From assembly GCA_964016885.1 (NCBI GenBank), contig OZ024747.1, forward strand, positions 41,664,001-41,728,000: a stretch of 64,000 nucleotides of DNA, in the 5' to 3' direction. The notes beneath the pieces were generated by a model. It searched no databases and had not been told where the DNA came from. It worked only from the letters and a program-made list of their open reading frames with translations. This stretch comes from Eledone cirrhosa (taxonomy: Eukaryota). This document shows positions 39,916-50,499 of this stretch, piece by piece (the first letter of the stretch is position 1; each line of letters starts with the position of its first letter). The position numbers and the translations under genes were made by a program.

Positions 39916-39984
39916 GCTTTCTCTTCTTCTTTTTCTTTTCCTTCTTTTTCTTTTTCTTTTCCTTCTTTTTCTTCTTTTCCTGAA

Positions 39985-40325
39985 AGGGTCGTGAGAGCAG
40001 AGTCCTCAAACACTCCAACTGATTTGGCTGGATCCCCAAGTGAGACCACTCAAGCTCATGGATGTTATCCAACCATCTTCCTCAGGATCTACCCCTGGGT
40101 CTCCTGCTGGTTGGTTTTGTCCATAAAATCTGTCCAATGGTTCAGACATTCTAGCCACATGCCCATAGTCTCAGAGCTGTGATCTCTCAATTCAGAGAAG
40201 TAGCATCTCTACCTGGAGTGGCTGTCTTATCTCCGAGCTACACTCTATCTAGTAATGTTATTCTAAAGACCTTTTGGAGGAACCCCATTTCGACCGTTTG
40301 TATACGAGATTGTATTCTCCTTCAA
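39985..40325 (-). mobile_element. Decayed RTE-type LINE 3' fragment
   Basis: Minus strand gives GHVARMSE and WLDNIHELEWSHLG, typical of the C-terminus of an RTE ORF; frameshifted. Confidence 0.55.
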
Positions 40326-40364
40326 AAATTGCTGCCCTTGAGCCTAAGTCAGAAGTATCTATTA

Positions 40365-41445
40365 TAGAGTATTGGACAAAATACTGAGTTATATTTGTTC
40401 TAGTTCAAATCCCACCAAGGTCAACCTTGCTTTCATCCTTTTGGGATCAATAAAAAAAGGTACCAGTTAAATCCTGGTGTTCATTTAATCAGCTTTGCTC
40501 TTCCCCTACATTTGATGACCTTGTAGCCAAATTAGAAATCAATATTTGTTCCAGCTTTTATCCCACCAAGGTCAATTTTGCTTTTCATCATTCTATGGTT
40601 AATAAAATAAGATAAATACCAATTAAGTACTGGGGTTGATAAAACCAACTTATCCTCCTCACCAAAATTGCCTTGTGCCTAAATTAGAAACTTTAATATT
40701 AAGAATGCAACCTGATTTACAGCATAGTTACGGCCCTTTACAGTCTGAGTTCAAATCCCGCCAAGGTTAACTTTGCCTTTCATCCTTACAGGGTCGATAA
40801 AATAAAGTACCAGTAACGTACTGGGGTCGATTTAATCGACTTTCCACTCCCCCCAAATTACTAGCCTTGTGCCTATACTAGAAATCATTATTAATATTAA
40901 GAATGATTTCTAGTATAGGCACAAGGGCGGTGGATTGGCAGTATCGGTAGAGGGTCGGACGCCATGCTAGGGTGGTGGATTGGCAGTATCGGTAGAGGGT
41001 CGGACGCCATGCTAGGGTGGTGGATTGGCAGTATCAGTAGAGGGTCGGACGCCATGCTAGGGTGGTGGATTGGCAGTATCGGTAGAGGGTCGGATGCCAT
41101 GCTTTAACGCATAGTTACGGCCCTTGCCATTCTGAGTTCAAATCTCGCCGAGGTTTACTTTGCCTTTCATCTTTATGGGGATCGATAAAATAAAGTACCA
41201 GTAATGCACTGGGGTAATAGCTGGCCTTGTGCCAAAAGTAGAAATAATTATTAATATTAAGAATTCAACCAGCTTTGTGGCATAGAGTTACAGCCCTTTA
41301 CGTTCTGAGATGAAATCCCGCCGAGATTAGCTTTGCCTTTCATCCTTATTAGGTAAATAAAATAAAGTACTATTAATGCACTACAGTCAATTTAAATGAT
41401 TCCCCTTCATAGAATTGTTGACTTGTGCCTAAATTAGAATCCATT
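40365..41445 (+). mobile_element. Head-to-tail cluster of about five tRNA-derived SINE copies
   Basis: Repeated GAGTTCAAATCCCGCCAAGGTTAACTTTGCCTTTCATCC...GGGTCGATAAAATAAAGTACCAGT...CCTTGTGCCTAAATTAGAAA units at ~40400, 40560, 40745, 41135 and 41305. Confidence 0.85.
40925..41103 (+). repeat. 45-bp x4 tandem amplification of a SINE 5' head containing an A-box-like motif
   Basis: GGGYGGTGGATTGGCAGTATCGGTAGAGGGTCGGACGCCATGCTA four times. A single-copy version is on the minus strand at ~50428-50470. Confidence 0.9.
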
Positions 41446-41989
41446 ATTATTAAGAATGAGGAGAGCAATTTGAAACACATTACTAACATTGTGAAACAGA
41501 ATTTTGTTGAGTTTTTCATAGTATAAACTATTACACACTTAGCCAGGATATAATAATAATAAAAACTTGGTGGTTGGTGCATGTTGTTCCATCTTCTTAC
41601 TATTAATTGGTTATTGTATGTACTACTGGTAAATGGTGCATGGTTCTTGGGGCTTCATTAAATATATTTTTTTTGTTTTGTATCCGACTACTTCCCAATC
41701 CCAAACTGAAAACATTAAATCCATTCAGACTATTTTGCCTACCAATCTTTCTATGTTGTAGTATGAGCGAACAATATCATTCTGAAAGTTGTCTAAGTTA
41801 TAATAAACCACATACAAACATCCAGATGATTCTTTTCTTAATTATTATTATTTTTTATGATAAAACTAATATATATATATATATATATAATGTGAATGTA
41901 TGTGTATATGTATTTTAAAACAGGCTACCCATGGGAGCTTCTCTATCAGATGATTTGGTCCTTATTTGGAATCAAAAGGTCTGAGAGTA

Positions 41990-42657
41990 AACTTAGTCAA
42001 AACTCAAGTGCTAGTGAGTAGGAGAGAAGATAGGATCCAGATTCCCCCAGGGAAGTGGCCATGCTCATTATGTAGAAAATGAGTAGGCATAAACTCCATA
42101 CAATGTACACAATGTAAATCTTGGCTACACAAAAGATATAGTGGGATGATGAATAGATTAACAGGCAGGGAGAACTTTGCTTGTAGAAGATGCACAGGAG
42201 AAATTGAGTCACAGGAAAGATCCATAGACATGGTCGATAACTTCTGCTATCTAGGTGACCTAATTAGCAACAGAGGAGGGTGTGCTGAGAGTATGATAGC
42301 TAGAATAAAGATAGGAGGGAAGAAGTTTAGAGAACTACTCCCACTGTTGACAACAAAAGGTTTCTACCTACATATGAAAGGAAGGCTGTGTGCGATGCTG
42401 CAGGGTAGTGACAATTGCATTGATATGGACAATGACCGATGGGTGAAGAAATGCCAGGAAATCCCAGTGGAAGGAAGCCGCAGTAGAGGATTACCAAGAA
42501 AGACCTGGGCAGAGGTTGTGAAAGCTGACATCAAATCGCCTAAGACTGGCAAAGGAGATGATGAGGGAACGTGACAAGTGGAGAGATGCCATGCTGAGAA
42601 GGCCTCGTCCAACCCATGCAAGCATGGAAAAGTAGATGTAAAAACAATGGTGATGAT
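41990..42657 (+). mobile_element. RTE-clade LINE 3' fragment (internally deleted, dead)
   Basis: ORF 42146-42574: VDNFCYLGDLIS...ARIKIGGKKFRELLPLLT...EGSRSRGLPRKTWAEVVKAD. Tail CCAACCCATGCAAGCATGGAAAAGTAGATGTAAAA...GATGATG. Confidence 0.85.
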
Positions 42658-43368
42658 GTGTATATATGTATATGTCTCTGTGTGTTTGTGTATGCTTACT
42701 CAAATATGATTTTGTATTATGAAAGAATGAACTCTTGATATGTAAATATAGAGATAATTTATATATATTAATATATACATATATTTTAATATATATGTGG
42801 TATTAATTGAAATATCAAGGAACTGATTGGTTTCAACAAAGACTTTGAAACTAATAGTTCCTTGAAAATACAACTAATATATATATGTGTGTGTGTGTGG
42901 ATATATACACACACACCACACACGTCTGTGTTTATGGATGTATATGTATGTGTGTGTGTGTGTATATATATATATATACACACACACATACATAATATCC
43001 ACCCTTCCCCATTTATTTGTTTTTCAACTTGTGTAACTTCTTCGCTTGCCATTCACTCCTTTCAGTCTATACTATCGTACATGTTAAGAATTTAGTGTAC
43101 CAAAGTGATTGTGCTTATAAATATTGTCTGTCTTACTGTATACTATATACCATCAAACAGGTTTTTATGATACTTAGTAAATGAGGGTGTCTTTCCAATA
43201 AGTACCCTGTTTTCTTGTTATTGTTTGTAATTTTATTTTAATCTACTTTGTAATTGTCACTTCAATTTGCATAAAACAATATTTGTTTCAACATTATCTT
43301 AAATTTCCAAGTTTTTATTTTTTTAATTTTATTTATTTATTTATTATTGTTATTATTATTACTATTAT

Positions 43369-43595
43369 AGGGCAATGGATTGGCAAAAGCAGTAGAGCAT
43401 CAGACACCATGCTTTGCAGCATAGAGTTATGGTCCTTTATGTTCTGGGTTCAAATCCCGCCAAGGTTAGCTTTGCCTTTCAGCCATACGGGGTCGATAAA
43501 ATAAAGCACCAGTAATGTACTGGAGTCGATTTAATCAACTCTCTCCCCCTCCCCCTCCCCCCCATTGTTGGCCTTGTGCCTAAATCAGAAATCAT
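43369..43595 (+). mobile_element. Near full-length tRNA-derived SINE
   Basis: A-box-like TGGCAAAAGCAGTAG, B-box GGGTTCAAATCCC, family body and tail. Confidence 0.85.
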
Positions 43596-43757
43596 TATTA
43601 TGGTTCATTTTTGTAAATCTCAGACACTTAGATGTCAAATGATCTAGATATTTCAGTTAGGGAACAACAAGTTGACAAAGATCACTCACTGCATTCTCTA
43701 CTGTGTCTTACATAGACAAGACTTTCCTTAAAATCCTCAATGTATTATTATTATTAT

Positions 43758-43940
43758 TGTTAGAGCATCAGACAAAATGCTTTGCAGTATTTGTTTTGCA
43801 TTCTAAACTTACTAAGGTCAACTTTGCCTTTCATCCTTTTACGGTTGATAAAATAAAGTACCAGTTGACTACTAGGGTTGAAGTAACTGAATTACCCCTC
43901 CCTGTCAAATTGCTGGCCTTGTGCCTAAATCAGAAACCAT
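43758..43940 (+). mobile_element. tRNA-derived SINE copy
   Basis: AAGGTCAACTTTGCCTTTCATCC...GATAAAATAAAGTACCAG...TTGCTGGCCTTGTGCCTAAATCAGAAA. Confidence 0.75.
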
Positions 43941-44269
43941 TATCATTGTTGTTGTAGTTGTCTTGTTTTTATTAGTTTTATTTCATTGTTTTATTAATTT
44001 TATTTTCATTGAAATTGTTTTGTTTATAAGTTGGTGCAACTTTCTTTTTCCAATTTAGACACATAAAGCAAAATGATAAATTGCAATTATTTAATTCCAA
44101 CATTTGTAGCTGCAAACAAAAAAAAAATAACAACATATCCCCTTTGTTACAATTGTTTTAAATCTATTTAGATCTTCACAACCTGTAATTATTTAGCAGA
44201 AAATATCTAAAAATAGGTTTTCATAAGTCAAATGTTTGTTGTCTTTACTAGTGAGGGTAAAGGGTAATG

Positions 44270-44605
44270 ACACCCCCTTCCCCTTTGGTCATGAAGGATC
44301 ATGGGATTTTCACCGAGAAAGTTTCCCCTATGAAGCACAAGTCCAAGCAAGGTTGTTTGTCGGAGACCAGTAGTCGCCCATGCATACCAGTCTCCCCTCT
44401 TCACAGCACCGATGTTGTCCAAGGGAAGGCAATGGCTGATACAGCTTGGCATCAGTGATATCGTAACTCCTTTCTCCAGCTGAGTAAACTGGAGCAACGT
44501 GAAATAAAGTGTCTTGTTCAAGGACACAATGCATCACCCGGTTCAGAAATCAAACTCACAACCTCAGGATTGTGAATCTGACGCTCTAACCATTAAACCA
44601 TGCGC
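44270..44605 (-). mobile_element. Second SINE family (tRNA head plus CTTGARCAAGACACTTTATTTCACGTTGCTCCAG core)
   Basis: The same core recurs at ~46620-46897 (-) and ~56545-56660 (+). Confidence 0.8.
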
Positions 44606-45172
44606 TAGAGATTAGATTGTGAAAATTTGTAGTGAACTATAGACTTCAATTTTAATGTGATGCAGTCATAGTGTTTTATTTAGTATTTTGTACTACGGAT
44701 TTTGTTTTTCATCCTGCAGTGTCCAAACTCACCCTCCTCTCCAAGCAAGCTTGGTAGGGTTGCTGATTTAATCGCCGACGACCTGACCATACACAGGTTG
44801 TATTAGGTTACATGTTACCAGTAGTGCTGAATACATACATACATGCACACGTACATACATCTATCTTGCTAGTTTTTATAGAAACTACTAACAAATAATT
44901 TGTTGATTTGGATACTGAAGATTTACTATGCTTACTTTTGTATCTCGAGCTTGAAATTAAATTTTTACTTTTGATCTCTCCTGATTTGATGAAAGCAATG
45001 TCAATATATTACTTGTGTTTATTCAATTGATTATATTGAAGAACATAAACATAAATCAATGTATCTCATAATTAGTCTATATTCATTAATCATATCAAAG
45101 TCACTGTTAGTTTTTATATCTAGCTTCTGTATGTTTATAGAGAATATTATCAATAAACCATATATATTTATA

Positions 45173-45556
45173 TATATTAATAAAAGGAATTCCAACTTTG
45201 TCTCATTTACTCGTTTTATTTACAATCCTTTAAAATTATAATGATATTATAATGAAATAATATGGTAGAATATCAAATGTTAAGTGTTAATTGAACAAGT
45301 ACTTTCATGCTTTCGCAATCTTCAGGTTTCATATTCTGTGGTGACAGTCAAGTTTGCAATTTTCAAAAATTGCAAACTTGACTGTCACCACAGAATATGA
45401 AACCTGAAGATTGCGAAAGCATGAAAGTACTTGTTCAATTAACACTTAACATTTGATATTCTACCATATTATTTCATTATAATATCATTATAATTTTAAA
45501 GCATTGTAAATAAAACGAGTAAATGAGACAAAGTTGGAATTCCTTTTATTAATATA
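45173..45556. repeat. Near-perfect palindrome: 191-bp arms, 2-nt spacer, one mismatch; each arm carries a hammerhead-like core
   Basis: 45173-45363 is the reverse complement of 45366-45556. CTGAAGA-tTGCgaaaGCAt-GAAA-GTAC-TT at 45404-45432 (+), mirrored on the minus strand. Flanked by TA-rich microsatellite. Confidence 0.95.
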
Positions 45557-46577
45557 ATCTTCTATACACAATCATATACACCCGTCTATATTTATTTATA
45601 TATATATATATATGTATATTTATATATATACACACACACGCACACATACGTACATACACACACACACAACTTTATTAATGTTTTAGTCTTATGGTTAAGT
45701 ATTTGTCTCAATACTAGACATATTGTGAACTAAAGCTGGGTATCAGTTTTACATTTCCAACACTAAAACAACCCTATTTGCTTGCAGTCTATATAATATG
45801 TATTAGTGTGTATGTATGTATATATATAGACCCATAACTCGTGATGGAATTGTAGGGGTGCTGCTGTGACACACAGTGTATCTTCAGCACTTTAAACCTG
45901 ATAATTAATTTCCTGGCTGAGTGGTTCTAATGATGGACAAGAAATCCATAAGTTCTGCATAAGTTCAAATTGTGTTGACAGTATCATTTTATATGTGCAG
46001 GAATTTCTGTGTAGTTAAAAAGCTTGCTTCAGAACCATTTGATTCATCATCATTTAACATCTGCTTTCCTTGCTACCAAGTGTTGGATATGTTGTCACAG
46101 ACAAGTCAGTATTCAAGCAATGCTACTGACCTCTTAGATGGGCTGTGGCGCCTCATCTCATTTACATTTATTCCCATACTCAATTGATTGCTCCAATGAG
46201 CTGGGGGCCTACATCTCACAGGTGATCCCAGGCTCTACTAAATGCATTTTATCATGGCACCAGCACAAAGGAGGTTGTCATATATTTGGCACAACTGAAG
46301 AGTCTCCCTGACTCTTGGTTTGGCATGTTTTCTGTAGCTGGATGTCACTATGCAAGATTTGGGGCAGATGTCTTCTTTGAGTTGATTGATATCTTGTAAG
46401 TGAAATCTGGTTGACAGAAACTGTGTAAAAGTCTGTTTTAGGTGTGTGTAGTATTTGTTTGAATACTGTGACTGTTTATATTTACCAGTGTAAAACCAGT
46501 GTTGTGTCAAAAAGACCAATAGAAACATTGTTCCACCCCACTCAGTAAGTAAATGAGGTCAGGAATCTTGTCAGTTG

Positions 46578-46619
<42 letters not shown>

Positions 46620-46897
46620 CTAAAGTCTGTCTCAAGCCCGGAGGCTCATCAGGCCGGTGTTTATCTCGGTTCCAATGGCATTGACTGAGGGTGCAATACT
46701 CTCGACTGGACAGGATGCCAGTCCATCGCAGGTTAAACTCCCAGCTATTGCTGGTACTCATTTTCAGTTGAGTACATTGGAGCAACGTGAAATGGAGTGA
46801 TTTGCTCAAGAACACAACACACAACCCAGTCCAGAAATCAAACCCACGGTGTTATGGTCGTATGTCCAACACCCTTACCACAAGGCCACGTGCCTCC
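46620..46897 (-). mobile_element. SINE copy between microsatellites
   Basis: TGGAGCAACGTGAAATG..GTGATTTGCTCAAGAACACAAC core; tRNA-like head toward 46897. Confidence 0.75.
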
Positions 46898-47019
46898 ACT
46901 GTTATATATATATATGTATATATATATATATAATGGAAAATTTGAACAGGAACAAAACAGAGAGGCAGTACAACGAATGTTTATTAATTTCACGCTCTTG
47001 AGGGTGGGGTGGTGGTGGG

Positions 47020-47058
47020 GAATGACGTTTCGGGCATAAGCCCTTCTTCAGGTGAAAA
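47020..47058 (-). ncRNA. Minimal hammerhead ribozyme core (stem I interrupted)
   Basis: Minus strand: TTTCAC-CTGAAGA-A-GGGC-ttat-GCCC-GAAAC-GTC. The stem I partner GTGAAA lies ~30 nt further on, followed by AATAAA. Confidence 0.6.
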
Positions 47059-47254
47059 GTGTGTGGGAAGAGAGTTCAAAGGGTGTGTAGGGGAGTGGTG
47101 GAGTGACATATAGCAAAAAGGGGGTGGGAGGAAACGGTGCAAATGAAATTAAAAATAAAAGCATGATCAAAATAAAATTAAAATGGGGTAAAACAGGTGG
47201 TAGAAGGGTATACAATATATTAATAAATGGAAATTATATTTATAAAACCATAAT

Positions 47255-47319
47255 TATTTTATTATATATATTTCAAGGGCAACCAAGGCAATCTTGGTGC
47301 GCTTTCATCAGATAAAATA
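47255..47319 (-). ncRNA. Minimal type I hammerhead ribozyme (intact core)
   Basis: Minus strand: TATTTTAT-CTGATGA-AAGcGCACCAAG-attgc-CTTGGTtGCcCTT-GAAA-TATATA-TA-ATAAAATA. 8-bp stem I, 11-bp stem II, palindromic stem III, AUA cleavage triplet. Confidence 0.75.
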
Positions 47320-49813
47320 CAAAATTTGTTTTTAAATAGTGACATAACCGTGGAAAACAACCTATATATGTATATATATGAAGTGGTGGTTATATGAGAT
47401 TGGGGTATGCCAGAAAATGGAGAGAACAACAACCAGCAGGTCATTAGAATTAGGAAATGCTATCAGGGACATCAAATGTAAAACAATGGATGCGATAATG
47501 ATAGGAAGTTATGATGCTGATCATGATAATGTTGATCCCCGTTTTTGTCATTGTTCTCATCATAGTTGTCTTCAGTTCATTCTTTATTAATAACATTTGA
47601 AGGAAGTCTAATTAAGTGAGATATCAGTAGGTAAAATGAAACGTAAATGTTAAATGAGGGGATGGGGAGGTTGCTGTTTGTATTCATTAGAGGGGATGGG
47701 GGAGGTTGCCAATGTATGTCTTCATTAGATAGGAAGCTTCCACTACTAATTGAATGAAATTTGATCCTTAATGAACATTCTGAGAAGATACACTCTTTGT
47801 TTAATCTATCCTCCTCAATGTGGCTTTGTGGTGACAGAAGTGCTAAGTGGTACTGTCTTCTGAGGATACACAATCTAGCCAATGAATATTGCTCTCTTAT
47901 TTAAATATAATTTCATTTACTAATTAATAACCTTCTTTCCTGTTAAGGATATTCTTCAACATTCTAGTCAAGAGCTGACATTAAGTCTCAGTAATGTTAT
48001 CAATTCACACTACCAGCTCACTATCATTACCATGGCTTTTAGCTATAAAGCTTTAGAATCCTTTGATGATAAAGATGAATTTGATGTAAGTTGGCATTTA
48101 TATACATATATATATTCTTTTACTGGCTCCAGCCACTGGGCTGTGTGTGTATATATACATATATTCTTTTACTGAATCCAGTCACTGGGTTGTAGCCATG
48201 CTGGAGCACTTCTCTCAAGTATGTATATCATTGGTTCCATCCCTATGCTAAAGTAGTATCATTAAATTTTACATTTCACTCTATTATTTCACTGTTCATT
48301 TTTCTGAATTTCTATTTTATTAAGGATTCAATATTTTATTTCATCTGTTTTGTATCTTTTTCTCCTCTTCATTATTATTATCATCATTGTTGTTTAACCC
48401 TAGGTCAGTGGTTATAATCCAAACCTATGATCAAACATGTTCCAGCTGTAACTATGCCACCTCCACCCCACTCACCATCTATTTGTGTTTGGAGTCATAC
48501 ATATTAGATTTTCTAGATCAATTATTTTCTATTTGTCCTCCCTAGTCATTTTCATATTATCAAATGTTTAACATTGATTATTACTAGCTAAAAATCTTAT
48601 TCAATCTTATTGTATACCCATACCCACTCCTTTGTTCATGTTTGTCCTTTATTTATCTTCAATGATCACTAAAGTTCAACTAATCCCTAGAATTACCGTA
48701 AACATTTAACATATAAGACTGCCTAATAGTTCTGTCCTCTGTCCTCCCACTCTCTATACCTACAGTTTAGAACTGCTTTAGTTGTCTCTTAAGTTTAATA
48801 GTTTAAATAAGAGATCTTTATAAATATTTTGTTTACTTTACAGAAGATGATTTCTTTGATCTATTATTACTTTAGCGGAACTTCTCTAATAGTTCTAATG
48901 AGCTATTCTTGGTGACCATAGTTGCTATAAATAACGCAGATATAATAATTTCTAAAAATAAAATTTCTTATAATATTGGGGAATGTTGTCCTCCTCTGCT
49001 AGGAACATTTCTCTATTTCCTACATAGCCACTAGCCAGCTACATACCAACACAATATTTAATCTCTTTTGTACTGATTTCAACTATCGGGCATTGCCACC
49101 ATTCTTTGGATTTCTAATACGTTCTGAAGCATTGAGAATGTTTTCTCTACATTTAATTTTTTTCATTCTGTAGATTTTTTTTTTTATTTATTTTTTTTTT
49201 TTTTTCTATAAATTTCTTGCCCCAATAAATAAACACTAACATTAATGTACACTTTCATATGGTTTGGTAATTTCCTACACTAGCCCATTGGCAGTAAACA
49301 TCTAGCTATATCTTCCAAATATTTGTAATTCCTTACTGTTTCTTATTCTCTATTTCAATTTCTGTGTACTTTAGTATCATAGACAAGATGACTATCACCA
49401 TATGTTCAGTTGATGTGAATTATTCTCATAGTGTGATATTATTTTCTTTGGAAATGAATATACCAAACATTGTTATTATTTTGTAACAACTTTTTATTTA
49501 CAAATGGTAGACTAAAAGGTTTTTAGCATGTTTATTCAGTTTTTACTTTTGCAATGTAGACAGACATGCAAAACAGAAACCTTACAATATAACAGGTCAT
49601 TTGAATCCTGAAAAACTGGTTGTCTTATCTGCTAACAAATTATGTCAAAAAGGTTATTGTAATTAGCTTTCTAACTAGTTTGCCCTTTTTCAACTGACAT
49701 CAATGGTATTACTTATTATATAAGAAATGCATTGACATATATATATATATGTTTTGAGTATTTCCATAGAAAAGGTATAGGAAAGAAGAGTGCTCTATGT
49801 ATTGTACAGAGCT

Positions 49814-49990
49814 ATTTAATTACATAATAAACAACACAATATAACTATTCCATTACCGAAGATTTCAAGAAACTAGACGATTCTTACAGAAACGTCTAGC
49901 TCAGTCGTTTCCAATTGTCTTGTCTGACGACTGAGCTAGACATTGGTAATGGAATAATTATATTGTGTTGTTTATTATGTAACTAAATAT
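49814..49990. repeat. Nested inverted repeat next to (TA)n
   Basis: Outer ~44-bp arms (ATTTAATTACATAATAAACAACACAATATAACTATTCCATTACC and its reverse complement). Inner 14-bp arms GTCTAGCTCAGTCG/CGACTGAGCTAGAC. Confidence 0.85.
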
Positions 49991-50000
49991 AAATATATAT

Positions 50001-50034
<34 letters not shown>

Positions 50035-50163
50035 AAGTTTAGATGAGTTGATAATACAACCATATAAAGGCAAAGAATATTTCAAAGCTCAATGTGATTT
50101 TGTAGTGTTACAATATCACAGAGTATATATATAAATGGATAAAAAAAATTACCAAATTTCAAC

Positions 50164-50240
50164 TAAATCATTTAATTGATTGACAAATGTTTCGATTAAA
50201 ATAACAAGAATGAATATTCATCAATCAATTAAATGATTTA
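50164..50240 (-). repeat. 20-bp inverted repeat enclosing a degenerate hammerhead-like core
   Basis: TAAATCATTTAATTGATTGA and its reverse complement. Minus strand reads TTGATGA...GAAAC-attt-GTC. Confidence 0.55.
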
Positions 50241-50284
50241 ATTTCAATTTTAAATCTATTTTTTTTTTCATTTATAATATAATT

Positions 50285-50470
50285 GTTTCTACTTTTGGCA
50301 CAAGGCCAGCAATTACCCAGTGCATTACTGGTACTTTATTTTATCGACCCCGTAAGGATGAAAGGCAAAGTTAACCTCGGCGGGATTTGAACTCAGAATG
50401 GCAAGGGCCGTAACTCTATACGTCAAAGCATGGCGTCCGACCCTCTACCGATACTGCCAGTCCACCGCCC
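50285..50470 (-). mobile_element. Young tRNA-derived SINE copy
   Basis: Reverse complement is nearly identical to the copy at ~41060-41240. Confidence 0.9.
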
Positions 50471-50499
50471 ATAATATAATGAAATTGTGTCCAGAGCTT

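Noticed and set aside
39830-40072. Lys/Glu-rich ORFs resembling the SMAP charged region
   Set aside because: Wrong strand; produced by a T/C low-complexity tract at the end of a LINE fragment.
40897-41100. Repeat peptide MASDPLPILPIHHPS x4
   Set aside because: Antisense translation of the 45-bp SINE-head repeat.
42146-42574. Functional protein-coding gene (also 50887-51309)
   Set aside because: Truncated, internally deleted or frameshifted LINE ORF remnants.
43369-43460. tRNA genes (A-box and B-box motifs here and at similar sites)
   Set aside because: No cloverleaf; each continues into a SINE body.
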